DNA from: an uncultured Candidatus Binatia bacterium | GTDB taxonomy: Bacteria > Desulfobacterota > Binatia > Bin18 | DNA length: 64,000 nucleotides | NCBI GenBank assembly: GCA_965214605.1 | Contig: OZ243961.1 | Coordinates: 3,904,001-3,968,000, forward strand | Reading direction: 5' to 3' | In this document: positions 1 to 10,932 of the stretch, piece by piece | How the letters are laid out: every line of letters begins with the position of its first letter | Numbering within the stretch: position 1 is the first letter of the stretch | Program-made: the position numbers and the translations under genes | Notes under the pieces: generated by a model | Seen by the model: the letters and a program-made list of their open reading frames with translations, nothing else | What the model was told of the DNA's origin: nothing | Database searches by the model: none

Positions 1-768
1 GCGGTTGAACTCCAGCGGACTTTCAATCTCATAGCAGTGACCGACATCCTTGATGACCCGCAACTCGGCCCCGGGGATGTGGCTGGCCAGAAATCGGTTG
101 GCCTCAACCGGGGTGGCCCGGTCTTCTTCACCGACCAGGATGAGGGTCGGCTGGGTGATCTCTTTCAGCCGGTCGGTGATGTCCCACCGCCAGACTCCGT
201 TGGGATCCTCCAGGCAGCCGAAAACCACCCGGCGGGGCAGCCCGGCCTCATTGAGAAAGTTATTTCTAATCATTGCACAGACTTCGGGGCGCTCCTTACG
301 CGTCTTTGCCGAGAAACACCGCTCCACAACGTCATTGGCCGCGGCCTGATAGTTGTCACGCAGACTGGCGATGAACTCATCCGCGTCCGCATACCGGCTC
401 AGGTTGGTGGCGCTGCTGATGATGACATTGCCAGCGACTAGGTGGGGGTAATCGAGGCTCATCTGCATGGCCCGCATCCCGCCCATGGAGTTGCCGACCA
501 GAATCGCCCGGTCAACGCCGAGGGCGGCCAGAGCCGCGGCGTCGTCGGCCGCCATGTCCTGAATTGAGTAACCGCTGAGCGGCTTGGACGACAGCCCGTG
601 GCCCCGCGCCTCAATCACAATACAATGGTAGCGGTGGGCCAGAACCGGGGCTTGAAAGGCCCACAGCCAGGCATTGGCCGAGAAGCCGTGCAGAAAGACC
701 AGGGGAAATCCCGCGCCATAGTGATTGTAATGAATCCTAACGCCCTTCTCACGTTCAACATACGGCAT
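1..768 (-). CDS. alpha/beta hydrolase (3' end runs off the window)
   Basis: Manual translation from ATG at 768 (MPYVEREKGVRIHYNHYG...); GNSMGG nucleophile elbow; open to the window edge. Confidence 0.8.
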   Translation of the reverse strand, partial: MPYVEREKGVRIHYNHYGAGFPLVFLHGFSANAWLWAFQAPVLAHRYHCIVIEARGHGLSSKPLSGYSIQDMAADDAAALAALGVDRAILVGNSMGGMRAMQMSLDYPHLVAGNVIISSATNLSRYADADEFIASLRDNYQAAANDVVERCFSAKTRKERPEVCAMIRNNFLNEAGLPRRVVFGCLEDPNGVWRWDITDRLKEITQPTLILVGEEDRATPVEANRFLASHIPGAELRVIKDVGHCYEIESPLEFNR

Positions 769-782
769 CTGCTTGTCCCCCT

Positions 783-1253
783 CTACTGGCCGACAAAGGG
801 TTTCTTGGCCCAGCCCTCTTCAAACGAGGTGAAGAACTCGGCCTTGACCTTGAGACTCTTGAACTGCCACTCCTGGCTGTTGCGCACGTACTCCTCGGCG
901 TACTTGGCGGCTAGCCACATGGCCTGATTACGCTCGCCGAGGGTACACGGCTGGAATAGATACCACTGTCCGGTGGCGGCATCGCCGTCAACCTCGATCA
1001 GCGGATTCATAACCTGGTGGAGAGCAAAAGGGAAAATTTCTGCTGCGCCCTGAAAGAATTGGCGAATTGCTTCGCGACCGTGATAGACGCCGAAATTCCC
1101 GCCGTCCCAGACCGCATCTTCGGTAAACAGCGCCGCAATCGCGTCCGCATCGTACTGATCATCACACGCCGCGCAGTATTTGGCCTTGAGCTTTTTAATC
1201 GCTTCAATGTCTTCAACTGCGCGGAGCCGACGTTCGAGTTGTTCAAGATCCAT
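783..1253 (-). CDS. SnoaL/NTF2-like protein (LinA/BaiE-like)
   Basis: ORF with LEDIEAIKKLKAKYC-type N-terminus and HQVMNP motif; GAGGAGG RBS. Confidence 0.85.
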   Translation of the reverse strand: MDLEQLERRLRAVEDIEAIKKLKAKYCAACDDQYDADAIAALFTEDAVWDGGNFGVYHGREAIRQFFQGAAEIFPFALHQVMNPLIEVDGDAATGQWYLFQPCTLGERNQAMWLAAKYAEEYVRNSQEWQFKSLKVKAEFFTSFEEGWAKKPFVGQ

Positions 1254-1409
1254 GGGGAGCCCTCCTCGTTTTCTCTCTTACCTACAATAGCCGCTCCGAA
1301 ATGAAAACCTGCTCACCCGTCCATCCAACGACGCGGAGCGGCCGCTAGCCCGCGGCCCGGCCTTGGGCTACAATCCGGTCCGTTGACACCAGGCCATTAA
1401 GGAGGGCGT

Positions 1410-2699
1410 ATGGCGTGGCCAGTCCGCTACAAGCTGGTGGGGCTGCTGACTACCGGCAGCATGATTAACTACCTCGATCGGGTCAATATCGCGGTCGCCG
1501 CTCCGGTGATGATGGAAGCCCTCGACTGGGAGGAGGATAGCTTTGGCGTCATCTTCTCCGCCTTTCTGATTGGCTACACGCTGTTACAGTTTCCCGGCGG
1601 CGTCATCGCTGACCGTTGGAACGCCTGCAAACTGCTCGCCGTTGTCTGTATCGGTTTCTCGCTATTTACCGCCCTGACCCCGCTCGGCGGTCTGGCGTTT
1701 GGCCTGATGCTGGCGATCCGTTTCGGCGTCGGCATGTTTGAGTCAATTACCTTTCCGGCCTACGCCGCACTCAACGCCCGCTGGATTCCGCGCCAGGAGT
1801 ACAGTCGGGCCCAGACCCTCAGCGTGTCCGGAGCCTATCTGGGTCAGGCCATTGCCTACCCCCTCACCACCTGGCTGCTGATGACCTTTTCGTGGCCAGT
1901 CGTGTTTTATTTTAACGCCGCCTTAGGCCTCGTCTGGTTGGTCCTATGGCTGGCCTTGGCGACCAATACCCCGGCTGAGCATCCACGCATCAGCCGCCAA
2001 GAGTTGGACTACATTGAGCGCAACCTGGCTCCCCAAGCCGAGCTACAAGTCTCTCCCTGGGCGGTCGCCAAGGAGAAGCAAGTGCTCCTCTTGTCGCTGT
2101 CCTATCTGTGTCTGGTCTTTGGACTGTGGATGATCGTGCTGTGGCTGCCGACCTATATGGTCAGGGTGCGGGGCTTCAGCCTTGAGCAGATGGGCTGGAT
2201 CGGGATGATTCCTACGGTAGCCAGTTTTTGCGGCTTAGTGAGCGGCGGCCTGTTGTCTGACCGCTTGGTTCGGGCTGGCTGGAGTCGCCGCTTTGCGCGT
2301 GCCCAGGCCCCCTCGCTGTGTATTGCCCTGGGCGCGCCCTTTCTGGTCGCAGCGGTGCTGGCCTCTTCGGGCGGGATGTCGGTGGCCTGTTTTACGGCCT
2401 ACCTGTTCTTGGTTAATATTGCCGGCGGCGGGTATTGGGCGGTGCCCCTGGAACTCAACCCCAGGCTGGTTGGCGCCATTTCAGGTGTCATGAACGGCTC
2501 GGGAAATTTTGCCGGTATCTTTGGCCCGATGACAGCCGGCCTGCTGATTGCCCAGACCGGTAGCTGGGCGCTGCCCTTCCTGGTCGCGGCCGGACTGGCC
2601 GGCGTGTCTTTTGTAATCTTGTATTTCCTGGTGATTCCCGATCCGATTGATATCAAGCTGCCCCAGGACGACCCGGTCAGCCTACAAACAGGAGTATAA
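1410..2699 (+). CDS. MFS transporter, ACS (anion:cation symporter) family
   Basis: NYLDRVN motif, GVIADRW, multiple TM helices. Confidence 0.9.
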   Translation: MAWPVRYKLVGLLTTGSMINYLDRVNIAVAAPVMMEALDWEEDSFGVIFSAFLIGYTLLQFPGGVIADRWNACKLLAVVCIGFSLFTALTPLGGLAFGLMLAIRFGVGMFESITFPAYAALNARWIPRQEYSRAQTLSVSGAYLGQAIAYPLTTWLLMTFSWPVVFYFNAALGLVWLVLWLALATNTPAEHPRISRQELDYIERNLAPQAELQVSPWAVAKEKQVLLLSLSYLCLVFGLWMIVLWLPTYMVRVRGFSLEQMGWIGMIPTVASFCGLVSGGLLSDRLVRAGWSRRFARAQAPSLCIALGAPFLVAAVLASSGGMSVACFTAYLFLVNIAGGGYWAVPLELNPRLVGAISGVMNGSGNFAGIFGPMTAGLLIAQTGSWALPFLVAAGLAGVSFVILYFLVIPDPIDIKLPQDDPVSLQTGV

Positions 2700-2701
2700 G
2701 C

Positions 2702-3910
2702 ATGCTGCAAGGAATCAATAAAAAAGCCCTGGCCTTACTCGGGCTTGGCCATCTGATGGTTGACCTGAACACGGGAGCCTTACCAGCTCTCCTGCCGTTT
2801 CTCAAAAATTCTTTTGGCCTGTCGTACACCATGACCAGCGTCCTCATCTTGGTCGCGAACGTGTCCTCGTCTCTGGTCCAGCCGGTCTTCGGCTACCTCT
2901 CGGACCGCACGACCAAGGCGTGGCTGTTACCCTTTGGGGTAATCGCCGCGACGTGTGGTATGGCGAGTGTGGGCTTGGCCAACAGTTACCCGATGCTGCT
3001 GGTATTGATCTTGATCAGCGGTATCGGGATTGCGAGCTATCATCCCGAAGCCTACAAAACCGCTTATCTATCGACCGGTACAAAAAAAGCGACCGGTATC
3101 TCGCTCTTTTCGGTCGGTGGCAATATCGGTCTGGGCTTAGGCCCTCTGGCCGTGGCCCTGTGCTTAGTCGCTCTGGGGCCGCGTGGTCTGCTGCTGCTGT
3201 GGATACCGGGGTTGATCGTCGGCACGTTGTTGCTGCGTTCTCTGCCGTGGCTGTCGCAGGTGAGACTTCCGTCGCCCACGGCACAGCTTGAGACACCGGC
3301 TATTCCGCATGCAGCCATGGCGGTAGTGTTGGGCGTAGTGATGCTCGGCTCGTGCGTCCACGCCGGGCTCTTTACCTACGTGCCGCTGTATTTTGATGCG
3401 CGTGGCGATAGCACGGTTGTGGTTGGCTCGATTGTGTCGTTGTTTTTAATTGCCGGGGCAATCGGTACCCTGATTGCCGGACCGGTGTCCGACCGTATTG
3501 GGCACAAACGCTTCCTGATGCTGAGCTTTGGTCCGCTGTGTCCTCTGATGCTGTTGTTTCTGCACACCAGCGGATTCCTCAGCCTGATCATTCTCGCCCT
3601 GGTCGGTGCGTTGTTGTCGCCGATGTTTGCGGTGACCCTGGTGATTGCCCAGAACCTGATGCAGGGGCGGCTGGGGACGACCGCCGGGTTGATGACCGGA
3701 GTTGGCTTTGGCGTCGGCGGACTAAGCGTCACCGGTCTGGGCGTTATTGCCGATACCTGGGGGGTGGGGACGGCCATGCAGGTCGTGAGCATCTTACCCG
3801 TGCTGCCCTGGGTGTGCATTCTGTTCCTCCCCGCTGATGCCAGGACTGAGCCAGCACCGAGCCGATTGCCAGACACACCGGCTGCGATCGCCCGGCCGAG
3901 CGAGAGCTGA
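2702..3910 (+). CDS. MFS transporter, Fsr-like
   Basis: HLMVD...QPVFGYLSDR, YHPE, GGNIG motifs. Confidence 0.88.
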   Translation: MLQGINKKALALLGLGHLMVDLNTGALPALLPFLKNSFGLSYTMTSVLILVANVSSSLVQPVFGYLSDRTTKAWLLPFGVIAATCGMASVGLANSYPMLLVLILISGIGIASYHPEAYKTAYLSTGTKKATGISLFSVGGNIGLGLGPLAVALCLVALGPRGLLLLWIPGLIVGTLLLRSLPWLSQVRLPSPTAQLETPAIPHAAMAVVLGVVMLGSCVHAGLFTYVPLYFDARGDSTVVVGSIVSLFLIAGAIGTLIAGPVSDRIGHKRFLMLSFGPLCPLMLLFLHTSGFLSLIILALVGALLSPMFAVTLVIAQNLMQGRLGTTAGLMTGVGFGVGGLSVTGLGVIADTWGVGTAMQVVSILPVLPWVCILFLPADARTEPAPSRLPDTPAAIARPSES

Positions 3911-4010
3911 GAAGTTGTGCTCAGACCAGGGCTGTGGTAGAACTGAGATTATGAAGGGTTCTTGTTGCACTGACAGCTGGGATAAGATTTTCTGGACCTG
4001 AGAGGGAGTA

Positions 4011-4292
4011 ATGCCGCCAAGACGAAGCCGAAGAAGACCCCAAAAGCGCTCTAGCACCCCAAGACCCGAACGGTCTGCCGACTCCGATGCCATTGAGATG
4101 ACCGGGACGGTTGTCGAAGTCCTTCCTAACGCATTTTTTCGGGTCAAGCTCGAAAATGACCACATAGTCTTGGCCCACGTTGCAGGCAAAATGCGTAAGT
4201 TTTTTATTAAGATTATTCAGGGCGATACCGTTACCGTCCAGCTCTCTCCGTATGACCTGGATCGAGGCCGTATTACCTTCCGGCGCCGCTAA
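4011..4292 (+). CDS. infA: translation initiation factor IF-1 with basic N-terminal extension
   Basis: [22 protein letters not shown]...GKMRK...[13 protein letters not shown]; RBS AGGGAG before ATG 4011. Confidence 0.95.
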   Translation: MPPRRSRRRPQKRSSTPRPERSADSDAIEMTGTVVEVLPNAFFRVKLENDHIVLAHVAGKMRKFFIKIIQGDTVTVQLSPYDLDRGRITFRRR

Positions 4293-4315
4293 GCCTGTCT
4301 TTCATCACGCGCGGC

Positions 4316-5305
4316 TCAGCCCTCTCCGCCACCGATCACCGACTCTGGCGCCTGCCCGGCGGCAACCCGCTGGATATTGGCGAAGCCAAAGCTGATACGC
4401 CGCGCCCAGGTGTCAAGCGTGACGCCGGCAATGTGCGGCGTCACAACAACATTATCCAAGCTCAACAGCGGACTATCGGTGGGCATGGGTTCGGTGGAAA
4501 ACACGTCTAGCCCGGCTCCGGCAATCTGTTTGTTGCGCAGAGCTTCAATGAGCGCGGGCTCATCAACCACCGGGCCGCGCGAGGTGTTGATCAGGATGGC
4601 CGAGGCTTTCATCAGACCGAACGCGCGGGCATTGATGAGACCCTGGGTGTGATCGGTCAGCGGGGTGTGAACCGACACGACATCGGCCTGGGCCAGCAAC
4701 TCGTCAAAGGGGAGAGCGACAGCGCCAAGTTCTTGCTCAACCTCGGCCGGCGCACGGACCGCATCGTAGTACCGAATTGTGGCCTCAAAGCCGCTCGCCA
4801 AGCGGGCCAACTGACGACCGATCCGGCCAAAACCGACAATTCCCAGGGTCTTGGCCCGGAACTCGCGCATACGCAGAGTTTCCTGCAGGCCCAGCCAGCG
4901 TCCCTGATGGAGGCTGTCGTGGTGGAAGGGCAATTTTTTATACACGGCCAGAATCAGGAGCAGGGCGTGTTCGGCCACCGTTGGGGCGTTGGCGCCGCCG
5001 TTGTTGGCGATCGGAATCCCGGCCTGTTGAAAGGCCGCTAAGTCCAGCCATTCATACCCCGCGCTTAGTACCTGAAAGAGTTTGAGGCGGCCGGCAGCGG
5101 CAATCTCTTGCTTGGACGGATTACCGGGGTAGCCGAGCAGAAAGTCGGCCTGGGAAATTTTTTCGTGTCGTAACTCGGCCGGCGCGTCCTGTTCGAGCAG
5201 CTCAAGACTGAAGTTCGCTGGAACCCGGGCGGTGGCCATGTCAATAATCTGTTGGGGCACGTAGCGCGGAGAGTAGAGAAAGACAATCGTGTAGTGTTCG
5301 CTCAT
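4316..5305 (-). CDS. D-2-hydroxyacid dehydrogenase
   Basis: GIVGFGRIG, INTSRG, LDVF, TPHIAG motifs. Confidence 0.9.
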   Translation of the reverse strand: MSEHYTIVFLYSPRYVPQQIIDMATARVPANFSLELLEQDAPAELRHEKISQADFLLGYPGNPSKQEIAAAGRLKLFQVLSAGYEWLDLAAFQQAGIPIANNGGANAPTVAEHALLLILAVYKKLPFHHDSLHQGRWLGLQETLRMREFRAKTLGIVGFGRIGRQLARLASGFEATIRYYDAVRAPAEVEQELGAVALPFDELLAQADVVSVHTPLTDHTQGLINARAFGLMKASAILINTSRGPVVDEPALIEALRNKQIAGAGLDVFSTEPMPTDSPLLSLDNVVVTPHIAGVTLDTWARRISFGFANIQRVAAGQAPESVIGGGEG

Positions 5306-5323
5306 CGCGACTTCCCTCACTGT

Positions 5324-6604
5324 TTAGCCGAAATAGGCCAGGATACGACATAAAATCTGAAAGCCTTGGCGCATATGGGTGAGTTCGGCAAACTCGTTCG
5401 GTGCGTGGTAGGTATCAAGACGGCCAAAGCCGGTAATTTGAATATCAAAACCGTTTGTTTGCAACATCTGCACATAGGGCAGACCACCCGTCACCGAAAA
5501 CGGCCGGGAGTCGGGACGAACCGCAGCTACCGCCTCAGCCAGGGCCTGGTAGCCGACCGAGTGGCGGTCGCATGCCATGCCGCCGACCGGCGCGCCAATG
5601 CTCTCTAGCTTGACCGTTCCGATCTCGGTTGGCCCCAGCCGGTAGCGGCTAGGGCCGACTGTGGGCAGCCTCAGGATATCGAGGTTGTTGATAAACGCCT
5701 TGGCTCCATCGCGAACCTCTTGGGGCGAATACCACGGTGTGAGACGGATATCACCCTCAACCACGGCGGTGGCCGGAATCTTGCTCAGGGTGTCGTTGTG
5801 AACCGTGACCCGGGTCGGCTTGAGTGAGGACGGTCCCCGAAAGCCGTACTCCTGCTCTTTGGGATGGGGCGGATAGTGCTCATAAAACCAGCGCTGTAAG
5901 GCTCGGGTCGCCTCAAAGGCCAGCTCGGCGGCATTAATCCCGTCCTGTGGAAAGCCGGAGTGTGAGACCTTGCCCTCCACCAGCAGCCGCCACGGCGCCA
6001 TACCACCAGTCGCCAGAGTTGGTCCGAAGTCGGCACTATCGAGCCAGTACACCGGTCCTTTTTTGAGGTGTTTGAGCCTGCCGTCCCGCACCAGCCTGCC
6101 GAGGCCGATACCGCTAACCCGCGAGAGTTCTTCGTTGGCGATAATGACACCGACAACAGTACGGTCGAGGCGGACTTCCGACTCGGCTAGTTGGCGAAAC
6201 AGATCGGTCAAAACCGCCACATGTCCCAGGCAGTCTGTGACCCCACGTCCGTACAAACAGTCGCCCTCAATGTGGAGCTGGAACGGTGGATGTTGCCACT
6301 CGGCTGGGTCGGCCGGTACGACGTCTAGATGGGCCCCAACAAAGGCAACCGTGCGTTTGGTTCTCCCCGGGTAGGTGATGATGAGATTGCCACGTCCCTC
6401 GGCATAGCTGACGCGCTCGACGCGCAGCTTACCGGCCCGTACCAGTGGACTCAGCTCGGCGACAACGATGTCACCAGCCAAATCTTCCTGGGGAGGCGGC
6501 GCCTCTTTAGCAAGGGAGTTTTGCAGTTGCTCACCGACCGCTACCATTCCGCTCAACACGTGTAGAAAGCGGGCGGTGTTGAGCGTCCAGGTGGTGAGAT
6601 CCAT
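5324..6604 (-). CDS. M20 metallopeptidase / acetylornithine deacetylase-like
   Basis: HLDVVP, GRGVTDCLG, NEE, HAPNE motifs. Confidence 0.85.
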   Translation of the reverse strand: MDLTTWTLNTARFLHVLSGMVAVGEQLQNSLAKEAPPPQEDLAGDIVVAELSPLVRAGKLRVERVSYAEGRGNLIITYPGRTKRTVAFVGAHLDVVPADPAEWQHPPFQLHIEGDCLYGRGVTDCLGHVAVLTDLFRQLAESEVRLDRTVVGVIIANEELSRVSGIGLGRLVRDGRLKHLKKGPVYWLDSADFGPTLATGGMAPWRLLVEGKVSHSGFPQDGINAAELAFEATRALQRWFYEHYPPHPKEQEYGFRGPSSLKPTRVTVHNDTLSKIPATAVVEGDIRLTPWYSPQEVRDGAKAFINNLDILRLPTVGPSRYRLGPTEIGTVKLESIGAPVGGMACDRHSVGYQALAEAVAAVRPDSRPFSVTGGLPYVQMLQTNGFDIQITGFGRLDTYHAPNEFAELTHMRQGFQILCRILAYFG

Positions 6605-6644
6605 ACCCCCAGCTCTTCAAGGTTCGCCCAGAGCTCAGAGCTGT

Positions 6645-7052
6645 TTAGATGCCTTCGGCGTCAAAGACTTCCTTGGCCACCTGAAAGGCGTTGACCGCAG
6701 CGGGCACGCCCGCGTAAAAAGCCATCTGAATCAGGATTTCGATGATCTCTTCTTTGCTTAGGCCGACGTTGAGGCCGTTGGCGATATGGCTTTTGAGCTG
6801 CGGCAGGCGTTGCATCGAGGTCAGAGCCGCGATCACGGCCACACTGCGCAGTTTTATTTCAAGGCCCGGTCGCCCCCAGACTTTGCCAAACACAACTTCG
6901 TTCAGCATATCCTCCAAATCGGGCGCCAATTCCGCCAGCGCAGTGGGCGGTCCGCCATAACGTTCACCGCTCAGTTCCTTGCGAATCGCAATGCCTTTTC
7001 GATAGGCCACAGTTTTCGGAGTCGCTCTTTTCCTAGCCGGTGCTTTTGCCAT
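6645..7052 (-). CDS. carboxymuconolactone decarboxylase family protein
   Basis: FGKVWGRPGL...LKSHI...FYAGVP. Confidence 0.85.
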   Translation of the reverse strand: MAKAPARKRATPKTVAYRKGIAIRKELSGERYGGPPTALAELAPDLEDMLNEVVFGKVWGRPGLEIKLRSVAVIAALTSMQRLPQLKSHIANGLNVGLSKEEIIEILIQMAFYAGVPAAVNAFQVAKEVFDAEGI

Positions 7053-7230
7053 ACTTTCTCCCTGCTTCGGTGATGATAGGCTGCCCGCAGACTATACCTA
7101 GGCAGGGCAGTGAGCACAAGCGAGCCCCGCCCGGCGGCTTGACAGGCTGGGCCTCAGCATGTTCAAAACAGTGCGTTACCGCTGGCCGATACGCTCGGCG
7201 AGACGCAACAGGCTGTGAAGGAGGGACTCT

Positions 7231-8298
7231 GTGAAATTTGGCCTTTTTTACCAACTGCCGTGTGCGGACGATCAGTCCGATGTCACCCGCTACCGAGAGA
7301 CAATAGAACAGGTCCAGTATGGCGATGAACTCGGCTTCAACTGTGCCTGGCTGGCCGAGCTGCATTTTTATAAACCCTTTTCGATCATGTCCTCCCCCCT
7401 GATTGTGGCCACCGCGATCGCCCAGAAAACTCGCAATATTCGACTCGGCATCGCTGTCAGTCTGCTGCCGCTGTGGCACCCCTTACGGAGTGCTGAGGAC
7501 GGCGCAACCGTGGACATTCTGAGCGAGGGGCGCTTGGAGTTTGGTGTCGGCCGAGGCGCAATCCCACTCCACTTTGCCGGCTTTAACGCCTCACGTGAGG
7601 AGAGTCGCCAGCGATTTGAAGAGTCGCTCGAGATTATTAAAAAAGCCTGGACGACCGAGTCCTTCTCGTATGACGGGCAGTTCTACCACATCCCCGAGAC
7701 GAGTGTTGTTCCCAAGCCGTTCCAAAAGCCACACCCTCCGCTGCGGGTTGCCGCCAACAGTCCGGAGACAGCGGTGTTTGCCGGTCAGGAGCATTACTCG
7801 ATATTTGTCGCCTCAGTCACTAATCCGCTGCCGCGTATGTATGAGCAGGTTGACCGCTATCGAGAAGCCTGGGCAATGAGTCCCATCTCAAACGGTGAAG
7901 GTCAACCGGATGTCTCGACCATGTTTTTTATGCAGCCGGGCGAGAGTTTGGCCGCGGTCCAAGACGCTATTGAGCCCAGCCTAGGCAACTATTTCCAGAG
8001 TGTGTCGGGCATGGTTCGGGCGGCCGTGGACGCCCAGAGTGGCTCAGACAGCTACCGTTACCTGCAAGAAGTCCAGAAAAGTGTGGATAGCATCACCTTT
8101 GAGACCATGACCCAGAACATGGCGGTCTTTGGTTCGCCGGCCGAGTGTATTGAGCGCATCAGGGCACTGCACGAGCGGCTTAAGATGCAAGAGCTGATCT
8201 GCTGGTTCAATCCCGGCGGCAAGGTCCCGCACAAAAAAGTCTTGGCCGCTATGGCCCGCTTTGCCAACGAAGTCGCGCCCGCCGTCCAAGATCTGTGA
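7231..8298 (+). CDS. LLM class flavin-dependent oxidoreductase
   Basis: KFGLF, WLAELHF, GRLEFGVGRG, PKPFQKPHP. Confidence 0.9.
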   Translation: MKFGLFYQLPCADDQSDVTRYRETIEQVQYGDELGFNCAWLAELHFYKPFSIMSSPLIVATAIAQKTRNIRLGIAVSLLPLWHPLRSAEDGATVDILSEGRLEFGVGRGAIPLHFAGFNASREESRQRFEESLEIIKKAWTTESFSYDGQFYHIPETSVVPKPFQKPHPPLRVAANSPETAVFAGQEHYSIFVASVTNPLPRMYEQVDRYREAWAMSPISNGEGQPDVSTMFFMQPGESLAAVQDAIEPSLGNYFQSVSGMVRAAVDAQSGSDSYRYLQEVQKSVDSITFETMTQNMAVFGSPAECIERIRALHERLKMQELICWFNPGGKVPHKKVLAAMARFANEVAPAVQDL

Positions 8299-8413
8299 GC
8301 TCGGCCTTGGGCGCTTTTCCCTTGACAAGCCGCGGCCAGAGGCTGATAAGATCTGAGGACGCTGGCGGAGCAAACAGGAGATAGGTCACACTAGCTCAGA
8401 GGAGGGCACGAGT

Positions 8414-9685
8414 ATGGGACGTACTTTTTTTCGCGGAGCAAATCTGATCGACGGGCTCCATAGACCCAAAGCGAACGCCACCGTGGTGGTCGAGGGCGAG
8501 CGCATTACCGCGGTCGGCGCAGGCAGCCGGGCGCCCAAGCCGACCGCTCAGGACACGGTGTATGACCTAAGCGGAAAATCGCTGATGCCGGGTATGGTCC
8601 AGAGTCACTATCATGTGGCCTATGCCAATATCAGTGATCTGAACGACATTGATATGAAATACCACCCGACCCATCTGGCGCTGATTGCGGCTAAAAATGC
8701 CGAGTTGCTGCTGCGCAGCGGTTTCACCGGCGCGGTCGGGGCGGGGACGCTGCACAATATCGACGTCTCACTCAAGAAGGCCATTAATGCGGGTCTGATT
8801 CCCGGCCCGCGTTTTATGGCCGCCGGTCGGGATGTAGTCACTACCGGTGACTCTGTTGATAGCCATCCGTCATTTTGGAACCTCAAGATGGATGGTCTGG
8901 CCTATATCTGTGATGGTCCGGATGAGTTCCGCAAAGCCATCCGAGCAGAAATTAAAGATGGCGTGGATATAATCAAGCTGTATCCGACCGGCGGGCACGG
9001 CTTACCCTGGCCAATTGAGACCATGACTATGAGCCAGGATGAGCTTGAGGCGGCATCCAACGCGACCCACGAACGGGGGAAAAAGATTCGCGGCCATATC
9101 TGCTCCAAGAAAGGCATCAAAGCCGCCCTCAAAGCCAAGGTCGATCTGATCGATCACGGCGACCGTTTAGACGAGGAGTGCATTGACCTGATGGCCGAGA
9201 ACGGGACGTTTTTAACGCCCAGCTTGTATTTTCCGTGGATGGTGGTTGAGGAGAACAAACGGAGCGGCAAGGTCATGTGGGATGAGATTGAGGGTATGAG
9301 TCGCGGGGTCGACAACTTTGCCAAGATGCTGCCCAAGGCCAATAAAGCTGGCGTCAAGCTTTTAATTGGAGATGATTTTGGTATCTCGATCATGCCCCAC
9401 GGGGATTATGCCAAAGAACTCGAAGCCTATGTTGAGGGCGCGGGGATTAATCCGCTCGATGTCATTCGCTGGGCGACGGTCAACGGCGCGGACCTGATGG
9501 GCATGAAGGACGAGCTGGGATCGATCGAAGCTGGTAAACTGGCCGATCTCCTCGTGGTCAACGGCAATCCGGCCAAAGACATCACTGTCCTCCAGGATCG
9601 CAACAACCTTGAGGTTATTATGAAGGGCGGCGAGATGTTTGAGTGCCAGCTCACCCCGAGCAAGGTTCAGCTCAAAGCCGCCTAA
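8414..9685 (+). CDS. metal-dependent amidohydrolase
   Basis: MPG..HYH, GVDIIK, GSIEAGKLADL. Confidence 0.88.
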   Translation: MGRTFFRGANLIDGLHRPKANATVVVEGERITAVGAGSRAPKPTAQDTVYDLSGKSLMPGMVQSHYHVAYANISDLNDIDMKYHPTHLALIAAKNAELLLRSGFTGAVGAGTLHNIDVSLKKAINAGLIPGPRFMAAGRDVVTTGDSVDSHPSFWNLKMDGLAYICDGPDEFRKAIRAEIKDGVDIIKLYPTGGHGLPWPIETMTMSQDELEAASNATHERGKKIRGHICSKKGIKAALKAKVDLIDHGDRLDEECIDLMAENGTFLTPSLYFPWMVVEENKRSGKVMWDEIEGMSRGVDNFAKMLPKANKAGVKLLIGDDFGISIMPHGDYAKELEAYVEGAGINPLDVIRWATVNGADLMGMKDELGSIEAGKLADLLVVNGNPAKDITVLQDRNNLEVIMKGGEMFECQLTPSKVQLKAA

Positions 9686-9801
9686 TGAGGAGGGCTGCAG
9701 AGGCGGGTGGTCCGCCCCCCGCCCGGCCAGTCTTGGCCACCCCGCCTGCCTTATCCGCTCCCGCTCCTCTCTCCCATCATTTTTTCTAGGAGACGCACCT
9801 C

Positions 9802-10932
9802 ATGAGCCGGATTATCGACGCCGACAGTCATTTTATGGAGCCACTTGATCTGTGGGAGCGCTATATAGAACCGCAGTACCGGTCCCGATGCTTACGCTTT
9901 CGCCAAGAGCCCGACGGCCATTACATTATGCTGGTCAACGAAGACAAGCAGGTCCGTGGTGTTGGCGAGTTCAGCATGGAACAGCTGCTCGGGGTGGGGG
10001 TGGGCTATGGCCAAAAGGAAGAGGGATCGGGGTTGGGCCACTTTGATTTTTCGGCCGCCTTCAACAACAGTCTCGAAGACATGGACGCCCGGGTCGCTTT
10101 CCTCGACCAGCAAGGCATGGCCTCCCAGTTCATCTATCCCACTCTGGGGCTGCTGTGGGAGGGCCAAGTCACTGACCCTGAATTGGCCGCCGCTCACTGT
10201 CGAGCCTATAATACCTGGGCCTTGGAGGTGTGTGCCAAGCATCGTGAGCGGCTCTTCCCGGTCGGTCATATTTCCCTCCGTCATCCCCAGGCGGCCGTCC
10301 GGGAACTCGAGCGTTTAGCCCGGGCCGGGGTGCGGGCGGTGTTTGTTGGCGCGCTCCCGATTGAGGGCAAGAGCTTTGGCTGTCCGGATTTTGATCCGAT
10401 TTGGGCCAGCGCCGAAGCGCTGGACCTCGCGGTTGGCATTCATCTGGTCGTGCACCGCAACTATATCGGTCATGACTGGTATGAGGATCGTCGGCCGGGC
10501 TTTATGTATCTCAGTATGAACACTATCCAAGATCCGCGTATAGCGCTCACCACGATGGTCTACGACGGGGTATTTGAGCGGTTCCCACGCCTGCGGGTCG
10601 CCACGATTGAGGCGGCTAGCGGCTGGGTCGTCGAGTGGGTCGATCGACTCGATTATCGCTATAGCTATATGGGCCACACCTGTCAGATGAAGCGGCCCGC
10701 CAGCGAATATTTTGAGCGCAATATCTGGATTGGTGCCGATCCAGAAGAGCGCCTACTGCCCTATATGGTTGAGCTGCTCGGCGACCACAAGTTTTTCATC
10801 GGCTCCGATTACCCACACGCCGAGGGCTTTGTCGAGCCGGTCGCCAAAGCCCGTAAGGCGCTCGCTAGCTTGCCTCCGGCCGCGGTAGATAAAATCCTGG
10901 GCGATAATGCCGTGCAGTTTTTTAGGGTCTGA
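9802..10932 (+). CDS. amidohydrolase_2 family protein
   Basis: IIDADSH, AYNTW, GSDYPH. Confidence 0.9.
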   Translation: MSRIIDADSHFMEPLDLWERYIEPQYRSRCLRFRQEPDGHYIMLVNEDKQVRGVGEFSMEQLLGVGVGYGQKEEGSGLGHFDFSAAFNNSLEDMDARVAFLDQQGMASQFIYPTLGLLWEGQVTDPELAAAHCRAYNTWALEVCAKHRERLFPVGHISLRHPQAAVRELERLARAGVRAVFVGALPIEGKSFGCPDFDPIWASAEALDLAVGIHLVVHRNYIGHDWYEDRRPGFMYLSMNTIQDPRIALTTMVYDGVFERFPRLRVATIEAASGWVVEWVDRLDYRYSYMGHTCQMKRPASEYFERNIWIGADPEERLLPYMVELLGDHKFFIGSDYPHAEGFVEPVAKARKALASLPPAAVDKILGDNAVQFFRV

